NCBI GenBank assembly: GCA_013695295.1
Contig: JACDAS010000208.1
Location: forward strand, 1-25,312
Direction: 5' to 3'
DNA from: Actinomycetota bacterium
GTDB taxonomy: Bacteria > Actinomycetota > Thermoleophilia > Gaiellales > Gaiellaceae
DNA: 25,312 nt
The notes beneath the pieces were generated by a model that was not told the origin of the DNA, ran no database searches, and was given only the letters and a program-made list of their open reading frames with translations. Of the stretch, positions 9,150 through 18,627 are shown one piece after another. Made by a program: the position numbers and the translations under genes. The number at the start of each line of letters is the position of its first letter. Position 1 is the stretch's first letter.

Positions 9150-10667
9150 CTAGGCCTCCGCGCGCGAGAGGTCTGCGACTGCGGGGCCCTGGATCACGCG
9201 GCCGTCGACGGCGAACCGCGAGCCGTGGCAGGGGCAGTCCCAGCTTCGCTCGCCCGCGTTCCACGAGACGATGCAGCCGAGGTGCGTGCAACGGGCCGAG
9301 AGCACGTGCAGCGCTCCCGAGTCGTCCCGGTGCACGGCGAGCTGACGCCTGCCGACCCGGACGACTGCTCCGTCGCCGGCTGCGATGTCGTTCACGCCCC
9401 GGCCGAGGCCCGCGAGCCGCCCGGCGGCGAGGTGCCTGGCGACGGACGCGTTCTCCGTCGCGAACCTGCGGGCGGCTGCTCGCGGCTTCAGCCGCCCCGG
9501 GTCATAGAGGTCGGCCCAGGGATTTTCGCGGCCGGCGATCGCGTCGGCGAGGACGATCGCCGCCGCCGTGCCGTTCGACATCCCCCACTTGCCGAAGCCG
9601 GTGGCGACGTACACGTGTCGCGACCGGGGCGTCAGCCGGCCGACGAACGGGACGCGGTCGACGGACAGGTAGTCCTGGGTCGACCAGCGATGGGTGATCT
9701 CGCCGGCTGCCGGGAAGCGCTCTCGCAGGAAGGACTCGAGGTTCCGGTAGCGCCGGTCCGTATCGGTCTCCTCGCCCGGCCTGTGTCCCTCCCCGCCCAC
9801 GAGCAGCAGGCGGCGCCCCTCGGCGGCAACGGTCCGCAGCGACCTGGTCGGCGTCCCGACGTTGATGAACATTCCCTCGGGTGCCTGGTCGGCGTCGATC
9901 GCCGCCGTCAGCGCGTAGCTGCGATGTGCGTGAGCGCGCGCGAAGTAGAGGCCGCGATCCAGAAACGGAAGGTGGGTCGCCAAGACCACGTCGCGGGCGC
10001 GGACGAGGCCACGGTCGGTGGTGACCGTGCAGGGCTCGCCCTCGTCGACCTGCGTCGCCCGCGTCTCCTCGAGCACGGCGTGCCCGCCCGATCGGAGCGC
10101 CTCCGCCAGCGGCAGCAAGTACTTCCGGGGATGGAACTGCGCCTGCCCGGTGAGACGGATAGCCCCCGCGACAGGAAAGGGGAGAGGGGTCTCCTCGACG
10201 AGCGTTGCCGGCAGGCCGAGACGCTGCATCGCGTCGACCTCGTCGCGGAGCCGGTCGCGCTCCTCGTCCCGCTCGGCGAAGACGTAGTTGGTCGCCTGCT
10301 CGAGGTCGCAGTCGATCGCGTGCCGGTCTGCCAGGGCCCGCACGCGCTCGATCGCGGCCTGGTTCGCGTCGGCGTACGCTCGGGCTCCCCGCTCGCCGAA
10401 GCGCGCGATCAGCTCGGCATAGATCAGGCCGTGGCCGGACGTGAGCTTGGCGGTCGTGTAGCCGGTGACGCCGCGCGCGACCCGGGAGGAGTCGAGGACG
10501 GCCACCCGGCGACCCTCCTCGGCGAGCAGCGTCGCGAGGGTCAGCCCCGCGATTCCCGCGCCGAGGACGGCGACGTCGACGTCGAGCTCTCCCTCGAGCG
10601 GCGGGTAGCGCGTCTGCGGAGTCGAGTCGACCCAGTACGAGGATTTTCCGGGGGCTGGAGCGGCCAT
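9150..10667 (-). CDS. FAD-dependent oxidoreductase with C-terminal Rieske [2Fe-2S] domain (YhfW-like)
   Basis: N-terminal GAGIAG dinucleotide-binding motif, DAO-like body, ATGFGKWG, and Rieske motifs CTHLGC and CPCHGS. Confidence 0.92.
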   Translation of the reverse strand: MAAPAPGKSSYWVDSTPQTRYPPLEGELDVDVAVLGAGIAGLTLATLLAEEGRRVAVLDSSRVARGVTGYTTAKLTSGHGLIYAELIARFGERGARAYADANQAAIERVRALADRHAIDCDLEQATNYVFAERDEERDRLRDEVDAMQRLGLPATLVEETPLPFPVAGAIRLTGQAQFHPRKYLLPLAEALRSGGHAVLEETRATQVDEGEPCTVTTDRGLVRARDVVLATHLPFLDRGLYFARAHAHRSYALTAAIDADQAPEGMFINVGTPTRSLRTVAAEGRRLLLVGGEGHRPGEETDTDRRYRNLESFLRERFPAAGEITHRWSTQDYLSVDRVPFVGRLTPRSRHVYVATGFGKWGMSNGTAAAIVLADAIAGRENPWADLYDPGRLKPRAAARRFATENASVARHLAAGRLAGLGRGVNDIAAGDGAVVRVGRRQLAVHRDDSGALHVLSARCTHLGCIVSWNAGERSWDCPCHGSRFAVDGRVIQGPAVADLSRAEA

Positions 10668-10690
10668 TGCTCGACGCTACACTCGCCCGC
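10668..10690. promoter_or_regulatory. 23-bp divergent promoter region with overlapping -10 boxes
   Basis: TACACT (+, 10678-10683) is 7 nt before hutH GTG; TAGCGT (-, 10679-10674) is 6 nt before the oxidoreductase ATG; the boxes share the TA at 10678-10679. Confidence 0.65.
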
Positions 10691-12229
10691 GTGGGCGGGG
10701 CCGAAACCCTCACCGGCGATCGTCTGACCGTCGACGACGTCTGGGCAGTGGCCGTCGGCGGAGCTCCGGTCGCCCTCGCCGACAGCGCGCGCGAGCGGAT
10801 GCGGGCCGCACGCACCCTGGTCGACCGGGTCGCGCACGATTCGACCGAGTACACCTACGGCGTCAACACCGGCTTCGGGCGCTTCGTCACACAGGCGATT
10901 CCGGAGGAGCTCGTCGAAGAGCTCCAGCTGCGGCTGCTCCGCAGTCATGCCTGCGGCGTGTCCGAGCCCTACCCGAGCGAGGTCGTTCGCGCAGCGATGC
11001 TGCTCCGGGCGAATGCGCTCGCCAAGGGGTACTCGGGAGCCTGCGTGGAGACGGTGGAGCTGCTGATCGAGTGCCTGAACCGCGGCGTGCTGCCGCGCGT
11101 TCCAAGTCGAGGCTCGGTCGGGGCGAGTGGCGACCTGGCTCCACTCGCTCACCTGGCGCTCCCCCTCGTCGGCGAGGGCGAGGCCTGGTTCGAGGGCGAG
11201 CGGCTTCCGGGCGCCGTCGCACTGGAGCGCGCGGGTCTCGAGCCGATCAGCCTCCAGGCCAAGGAGGGGCTCTCGCTGGTCAACGGGACGCAGTTCATGG
11301 CCGCGATCGGCGCGCTCGGGATCGCGAGGGCGCAGCGGCTGGCGAAGGCGGCCGACATCGCGTGCGCGCTCTCGCTCGAAGCGCTCCAGGGCTCCCGGGT
11401 GAGCTTCCTGCCGCAGATCCACGCCCTGCGCCCGCTGCGGGGCCAGGGGGAGGCGGCGGCGAACGTCCTCCAGCTGCTGGAGGGCTCGGCGATCCTCGAG
11501 TCGCATCGCTGGTGCGACCGGGTCCAGGATGCGTACTCGCTCAGATGCGCCGCCCAGGTGCACGGCGCCTCGCGCGACCTCCTCGGCTACGTCGCCGCCA
11601 CCGTCTCGGTCGAGGTGAACGCCGCGACCGACAACCCGCTCGTGCTCGTGGACGAGGAGCGCCTCGTGTCGAACGGCAACTTCCACGGTCAGCCGCTCGC
11701 CTTCGCGCTGGATGCCCTGACGATGGCCGTCTCGGAGCTCGCGAACATCTCGGAGCGGCGCGTGGAGCGGCTCGTCAACCCGAGTCTCTCAGGCGGCCTG
11801 CCGGCCTTCCTCACGGACGACGGCGGCCTCAACTCCGGGTTCATGATCGTCCAGTACGTGGCCGCGTCCCTCGTCAGCGAGAACAAGTCGCTCTGCCATC
11901 CGGCGAGCGTGGACTCGATCCCGACGAGCGCGAACCAGGAGGATCACGTCTCGATGGGGAACGCATCGGCGCTCAAGGCGTGGCAGGTGCTCGGGAACGC
12001 GGAGCGGGTGCTCGCGATCGAGTTCCTGGCCGGGTCGCAGGGGGTGGAGTACCTGGCGCCGCTCGAGCCGGGGGTGGGCGCCTCGGCGGCTCGCCGCTTC
12101 GTACGGAGGTTCTCGCCTCGCCTGCGCGACGACCGATCCCTCTCGGCAGAGATCGAGGCCGTTGCGGACACGATTCGGGACGGCTCGCTGGTCGAGGCCG
12201 TCGAGGGCGCGGCCGGAGCGCTCAGGTGA
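10691..12229 (+). CDS. hutH: Histidine ammonia-lyase
   Basis: YGVNTGFG, LLRSH (Ser-His pair typical of HAL specificity), MIO-forming GASGDL, QDAYSLRC, SNGNFHG, QEDHVSMG. Start moved from TTG 10667 to GTG 10691 on promoter spacing. Confidence 0.97.
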   Translation: MGGAETLTGDRLTVDDVWAVAVGGAPVALADSARERMRAARTLVDRVAHDSTEYTYGVNTGFGRFVTQAIPEELVEELQLRLLRSHACGVSEPYPSEVVRAAMLLRANALAKGYSGACVETVELLIECLNRGVLPRVPSRGSVGASGDLAPLAHLALPLVGEGEAWFEGERLPGAVALERAGLEPISLQAKEGLSLVNGTQFMAAIGALGIARAQRLAKAADIACALSLEALQGSRVSFLPQIHALRPLRGQGEAAANVLQLLEGSAILESHRWCDRVQDAYSLRCAAQVHGASRDLLGYVAATVSVEVNAATDNPLVLVDEERLVSNGNFHGQPLAFALDALTMAVSELANISERRVERLVNPSLSGGLPAFLTDDGGLNSGFMIVQYVAASLVSENKSLCHPASVDSIPTSANQEDHVSMGNASALKAWQVLGNAERVLAIEFLAGSQGVEYLAPLEPGVGASAARRFVRRFSPRLRDDRSLSAEIEAVADTIRDGSLVEAVEGAAGALR

Positions 12230-12455
12230 GACCCCGGGGTGAAGATCCACGGAGGGCCTCCCCGCACCCCCTGCGGGACAGCGCGATCTTCTATGCCGTG
12301 CTGGCCGGCCTGATCGTGCTGATCACCGCGCTGACGCACGGCCGCCTCTTCCCCGGAGAGGTGAGGGGCAAAGGGGGGCTGCTGAAGCTGATCGCCGAGG
12401 TGGGTGCCGTCCCGGTGGCGCTCATCTTCTTCGGTGTCGCGACGGGATTCAGCTG

Positions 12456-14204
<1,749 letters not shown>

Positions 14205-15458
14205 GTGGCAGCGCCGCCTCCCGAGCCGGCGCGCCCGCTGACCCGGCGGCTGCTCGTCCGCGACCTCGCGCAGGTCGTCTCGCCCGCGGGCCGGGGCGCA
14301 CCTCTGCGCGGGTCGCAGCTTGGTGCGGTCGACGTCGTCGAGCGGGCCTACCTCCTGTGTGAGGAGGGGCGAGTCGCAGCCGTCGGCCGGATGCGCGAGC
14401 TCCCAGATCTCGGCGGCGCCGTGGAGGAGCTCGACGGGCGCGGTCTCTGCGCGATCCCGGGTCTCGTCGACTGCCACACCCACGCGTGCTTCGCGGGCGA
14501 CCGGGTCGAGGAGTTCGCACTGCGCGCGGGTGGGGCGAGCTACGAGGAGCTCCACGCGGCCGGAGGCGGCATCCTCTCGACCGTGCGCGCCACCCGGGCG
14601 GCGGGCGAGAACGGCCTGCTCGAGGCGGTATCGAGGCACCGAGCCTGGATGTTGCGGGCCGGGACGACGACGTGGGAGGCGAAGTCGGGCTACGGCCTCG
14701 ATCGAGAGACCGAGCTCGCGTCCTTGCGCGCGATCCGCGATGCGGGAGGGGCCGCGACCTGGCTGGGGGCCCACGCCGTCCCCCCGGAGTTCGCGAGTCC
14801 CGACGCGTACCTGGACTTCGCGCTCGAGGAGGTGCTGCCCGAGGCAGCGCAGCTCGCCGAGGCGGCCGACGTCTTCCTGGAGCGAGGGGCCTTCGACGCC
14901 CTGCAGGCGCGCCGCTTTCTCACGGCCTGCCGGGAGCACGGCCTCGCGCTCCGGCTGCACGGCGACCAGTTCACGCAGGCCGGTGCAATCGGCCTCGCAA
15001 TCGAGCTCGCCGCCCGCTCGGTCGACCATCTGGAGGCGACGGGCGACGACGGGGTCCGCGCGCTGGCGCTCAGCGACGTGTCGGCGGTACTCCTGCCCGC
15101 GAGCGCCCTCTTCCTCGGCCGTCCGATGCCGCCCGCGCGAGCTCTCGTCGACGCCGGGGCCGCGGTGGCGCTCGCGACCGACTTCAACCCCGGCAGCGCG
15201 TACTGCGAGAGCCTGCCGCTCGTGTGCTCGCTCGCGGCGACGCAGCTCCGGTTGACCCCCGCCGAGGCGCTCTCCGCGTGCACGGTCAACGCTGCGCACG
15301 TCCTCGGGCGGGCCGGGCGCAAGGGACGGCTCGCTCCGGGCTTCGATGCCGACGTCGTCCTGCTCGACGCCCCCGACTGGCGGCACCTGTCCTACCATCT
15401 CGGCGGCGACCTCGTGCGGGGCGTCCTGCTCGGCGGCCAGCAGGCGGAGCTACGCTAG
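14205..15458 (+). CDS. hutI: Imidazolonepropionase
   Basis: PGLVDCHTH, GGGILSTVRATR, EAKSGYGLD, SVDHLE, ATDFNPGS; starts immediately after the hutU stop. Confidence 0.96.
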   Translation: MAAPPPEPARPLTRRLLVRDLAQVVSPAGRGAPLRGSQLGAVDVVERAYLLCEEGRVAAVGRMRELPDLGGAVEELDGRGLCAIPGLVDCHTHACFAGDRVEEFALRAGGASYEELHAAGGGILSTVRATRAAGENGLLEAVSRHRAWMLRAGTTTWEAKSGYGLDRETELASLRAIRDAGGAATWLGAHAVPPEFASPDAYLDFALEEVLPEAAQLAEAADVFLERGAFDALQARRFLTACREHGLALRLHGDQFTQAGAIGLAIELAARSVDHLEATGDDGVRALALSDVSAVLLPASALFLGRPMPPARALVDAGAAVALATDFNPGSAYCESLPLVCSLAATQLRLTPAEALSACTVNAAHVLGRAGRKGRLAPGFDADVVLLDAPDWRHLSYHLGGDLVRGVLLGGQQAELR

Positions 15459-15617
15459 GGCCTGTCCGGAAAGGGAGCCGCCGCTCATGCCGTGCCAGAA
15501 GCAAGCGATGCAAGGACGCAGGGAGCCGCAATCTGCGGGCAGATTGGGGCGACTGAGGACGCGGCAGCGCGCCGCTTGTCGCGCGGCAGGAGCCCGGCCC
15601 GCTTTCTGGACAGGCCC
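15458..15617. mobile_element. MITE-like element A (160 bp)
   Basis: 16-bp terminal inverted repeats GGGCCTGTCC(G/A)GAAAG (15458-15473 and 15602-15617, one mismatch), flanked on both sides by CTA (15455-15457, 15618-15620); no transposase. Confidence 0.85.
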
Positions 15618-15626
15618 CTAAGTCCG

Positions 15627-16082
15627 ATGCCCTCTCGCAAGCAGCGACGGCGGCGTGCCAAGGACAGGCGTCACGAGTACGAGTACGTCCTCGTGGACTC
15701 GGAGGGCCACGAGGTCGAGGGCGCGGAGGAGGAAGAACCGCGGCCCGACAGGCGCGCTCGCACGGATGCGCGCGCCGAGCGGCCCCGTGGCGGATCCGCT
15801 CGCCCCGCCCAGGCCGGGCGCGGCGGCCGCAAGGTCGAGCCGGCGTCCTGGCGCCGCGTCGCGCGCCGGTCGCTGATCTTCGCCCCGCTGATGTTCATCA
15901 CCGTCGTCCTGCTGAATCGCAAGCAGACGACCGGCGCGCACCTCGTCACGACGGCGTTCCTGCTCACCTTCTTCGTGCCCTTCCAGTACGTGATGGACAC
16001 GATCGTCTACCGCTCATACCTGCGCCGGACCGGCCAGGGGGCCTCCGGCAAGGGCGAGTCGAAGCCGGCGAAGCGGCGCTAG
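15627..16082 (+). CDS. Hypothetical membrane protein (basic/acidic N-terminus, two C-terminal TM segments), 151 aa
   Basis: Track ORF 15492..16082 starts inside MITE A; the first ATG after the MITE gives MPSRKQRRRRAKDRRHEYEY...; TM segments SLIFAPLMFITVVLL and LVTTAFLLTFFVPFQYVM. Confidence 0.75.
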   Translation: MPSRKQRRRRAKDRRHEYEYVLVDSEGHEVEGAEEEEPRPDRRARTDARAERPRGGSARPAQAGRGGRKVEPASWRRVARRSLIFAPLMFITVVLLNRKQTTGAHLVTTAFLLTFFVPFQYVMDTIVYRSYLRRTGQGASGKGESKPAKRR

Positions 16083-16373
16083 GGCGTCGCTTGCGATGCC
16101 CGCCTCAGGATCGCGGGCTCTGCCCGTGATCCGTCTGAACCGACCGAACGAGCGCGTGGAGTAGGGTCACGCTCCTAGGGGCGTCGCTTGCGATGCCCGC
16201 GTCAGGATCGCGGGCTCTGCCCGTGATCCGTCTGAACCGACCGGCCGAGCGCGCGGGGTCCAGACCCACGTCCTAGGGCGTCGCTTGCGATGCCCGCCTC
16301 AGATCACGGGCTCTGCCCGTGATCCGTCTGAACCGACCCGGCCGAGCGGGTGGAGTGGACCCAACGCTCCTAG
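16079..16373. repeat. Tandem array of three 96-98 bp CTAG-delimited structured units
   Basis: CTAG at 16079, 16175, 16273 and 16370. Units share an almost identical ~65-nt core (GGCGTCGCTTGCGATGCCCGC..CAG(G)ATC(G/A)CGGGCTCTGCCCGTGATCCGTCTGAACCGACC) and a more variable ~30-nt hairpin GAGCG...CGCTC. Confidence 0.95.
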
Positions 16374-16711
16374 CGCTGCTCGCCGCGGTAGTGGCCCTCG
16401 CCGGGCCACGGCGCGAGCAGGAGGAGGATGAGGGCGCCGTTCTCGGAGGAGACGACGTGACGCTCCTGCGGAGCGAACGTCGCGAGCGTCCCGGCACCGG
16501 CGTCCATCGCCTCTCCGTCCGCCGGGCCGATCCGCACGGAGCCGTCGACCACCAGCACGAATGCCCGCTCCTTGACCTCGTGCTCGCCGAGCTCCTGCCC
16601 GGGGTCGAGCGCGATCAGCACTGCGCGTGCCTCGCCGTGGCCGGAGAAGAGGACGACGGGCGAGCGGCTTCCGCCGGGGGTTTCGATCTCGCGGAGGCTC
16701 CAGGTCTGCAC
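16370..16711 (-). CDS. Cupin-domain protein (113 aa)
   Basis: C-terminal part of track ORF 16370..17167: GQELGEHEVKERAFVLVVDGSVRI...FAPQERHVV cupin motifs. GTG 16711 lies 8 nt after TAGATT. Confidence 0.85.
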   Translation of the reverse strand: MQTWSLREIETPGGSRSPVVLFSGHGEARAVLIALDPGQELGEHEVKERAFVLVVDGSVRIGPADGEAMDAGAGTLATFAPQERHVVSSENGALILLLLAPWPGEGHYRGEQR

Positions 16712-16750
16712 GGGAGAGGAATCTACCCTGCGGGTTAGACTGGAAGCTCG

Positions 16751-17401
16751 ATGGCACTCGCGGTCGATCGCTACGAGCTGGGGCAGATCGGGACGAATTG
16801 CTATGTCGTCCGAAGCGGGCCCGGGGCGACCGACGCGGTCGTCGTCGATCCTGGTGGGGACGTCACCGCACTGCGGCTCGAGCTCGCACGGCTCGGGAGG
16901 CGCTGCCGCGCGATCCTGATCACGCACTGCCACTGGGACCACCTCGGCGGCGTCGCCGATCTCGCCGAGGCGACCGGTGCCCCGGTCCACATGGGCGCCG
17001 ACGAGGCCGGCGTCCTCGAGGCTCCTGCGGACTTCTACCCGGGCGTCCGGGTACGCCCCTACGTGCCGGAGGTTCGCCTCGCCGGCGACGAGACGCTCGA
17101 CCTGGCTGGGATCACGTTCGAGACGGTGCGCGTCCCGGGTCACTCGCCCGGGCATCTCGCGTTCCATGCCGCGGGATCACTGTTCTCGGGCGACGTTCTC
17201 TTCGCCGGCTCCGTCGGCCGCACCGACCTGCCGATGGCCGACTGGGAGACGCTCCTGGCCTCGATCAGGCTCCTCCTCGCGCGCTTCCCGCCCGAGACGG
17301 TCGTCTACTCCGGCCACGGCCCGCCGACGACGCTTGGCGAGGAGCTCGCACGCAACCCGTTCCTGACCGAGCTCCGCGCGGAGCAGCACAGCGCGGCGTG
17401 A
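16751..17401 (+). CDS. MBL-fold metallo-hydrolase (glyoxalase II/YcbL-like)
   Basis: THCHWDH, GHSPGH, FSGDVLF and SGHG metal-binding motifs; usual neighbour of hisS. Confidence 0.93.
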   Translation: MALAVDRYELGQIGTNCYVVRSGPGATDAVVVDPGGDVTALRLELARLGRRCRAILITHCHWDHLGGVADLAEATGAPVHMGADEAGVLEAPADFYPGVRVRPYVPEVRLAGDETLDLAGITFETVRVPGHSPGHLAFHAAGSLFSGDVLFAGSVGRTDLPMADWETLLASIRLLLARFPPETVVYSGHGPPTTLGEELARNPFLTELRAEQHSAA

Positions 17402-18627
17402 AGTTCTCGGCGCCGCGCGGCACGCACGATCTCCTTCCCGCCGACTTCCCGCTCTGGAGCCGGATCACCCGGACGGCCGAGGAGGTCTGCGAGACCTACG
17501 GGTACCGGCCGATCCTGACGCCGGGCTTCGAGGACACGGACCTGTTCCGGCGCACCTCGGGCGCGGGGTCGGACATCGTGCGGAAGGAGATGTACACGTT
17601 CGAGGACCTCGGCGGCCGCTCGCTCACCCTGCGGCCGGAGGCCACCGCCCCGATCTGCCGCGCCTACGTAGAGCACGGCCTGCACCGGGAGCCGCAGCCG
17701 CAGAAGCTGTTCACGATCGCGCCGGTCTACCGTTACGACACCCCGCAGAAGGGACGCTTCCGTGAGCACCGGCAGCTCTCGGTCGAGGCGATCGGAACCG
17801 ACGACCCGGCAATCGACGCCGAGCTGATCTCACTCTACGTCGAGCTGCTCGGGCGGCTTGGAGTCGAGGGCTACCGCATCCACCTGAACTCGATCGGCGA
17901 CCGCGCGTGCCGGCCGGCCTACGTCGAGCGGCTGCGCGCCTGGCTGGCCGGGCACGGCGAGGCGCTCGACGACGACAGCCGTGAGAAGGCCGTCGCGAGC
18001 CCGCTCCGCGTGTTCGACACGAAGAACCCGGTGGTCGCCACGGCGCTCGAGGCCGCACCCACGATCGGCGAGTCGCTCTGCGAGGCGTGCGCCGCGCACT
18101 TCGCCGCCGTCCGGCGCTACCTGGATGCCTACGGCGTCGACTACGAGCTCGTGCCGACGCTCGTCCGCGGGCTCGACTACTACACCCGGACGACCTTCGA
18201 GTTCGTGGCCTCTGACTTGGGTGCACAGGATTCGCTCGTCGGCGGCGGCCGCTACGACTACCTCGTCGAGGAGATCGGCGGGCCGCCGACTCCCGCGATC
18301 GGCTTCGGTGCCGGGATCGAGCGCCTGCGGCTCGCGCTCGAAGCCGTGGACGCAGCCGCCGAGCAGCCACGGCTGGAGGTCTTTTTCGCGGTCGAGCCCG
18401 AGGCGGCCCGGGAGCCCGTGCTGCAGCTGATGGCGACGCTCCGCCGCGCCGGGCGCGCCTGCGACACGGACTACGCCGGCCGCTCCCTGAAGGGTCAGCT
18501 GACCCAGGCGCAGCGGGCCGCCGCGGGGACGGTCGTCGTCGTCGGCTCGGGGTCGGTCTCGATCCGGCGGCGGGGGGTCGCCGACACCGTGGTCTCGACG
18601 CTGGACGAAGCGGCCGGCCTCCTGTGA
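17398..18627 (+). CDS. hisS: Histidine--tRNA ligase
   Basis: Real part of track ORF 16627..18627, from GTG 17398 (GTGA overlap): APRGTHD, KEMYTFED, LRPEATA, LVRGLDYYT, GGRYD, GFGAGIERL. Confidence 0.97.
   Translation: MKFSAPRGTHDLLPADFPLWSRITRTAEEVCETYGYRPILTPGFEDTDLFRRTSGAGSDIVRKEMYTFEDLGGRSLTLRPEATAPICRAYVEHGLHREPQPQKLFTIAPVYRYDTPQKGRFREHRQLSVEAIGTDDPAIDAELISLYVELLGRLGVEGYRIHLNSIGDRACRPAYVERLRAWLAGHGEALDDDSREKAVASPLRVFDTKNPVVATALEAAPTIGESLCEACAAHFAAVRRYLDAYGVDYELVPTLVRGLDYYTRTTFEFVASDLGAQDSLVGGGRYDYLVEEIGGPPTPAIGFGAGIERLRLALEAVDAAAEQPRLEVFFAVEPEAAREPVLQLMATLRRAGRACDTDYAGRSLKGQLTQAQRAAAGTVVVVGSGSVSIRRRGVADTVVSTLDEAAGLL

Noticed and set aside
10691-12229. Phe/Tyr ammonia-lyase or ergothionase instead of HutH
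   Set aside because: The LRSH specificity pair and adjacent hutU and hutI support histidine ammonia-lyase.
15492-15626. 45-codon N-terminal extension of the 15627 gene
   Set aside because: It lies within MITE A; an open frame in GC-rich repeat DNA is not evidence of coding.
16079-16373. CRISPR array interpretation of the three-unit repeat
   Set aside because: The constant part (~65 nt) is longer than CRISPR repeats, the variable parts are homologous to each other rather than unique spacers, and there are no cas genes in the window.
16627-17397. N-terminal extension of hisS in the ORF track
   Set aside because: It overlaps the cupin and MBL genes; HisS homology begins at GTG 17398 with a GTGA overlap.
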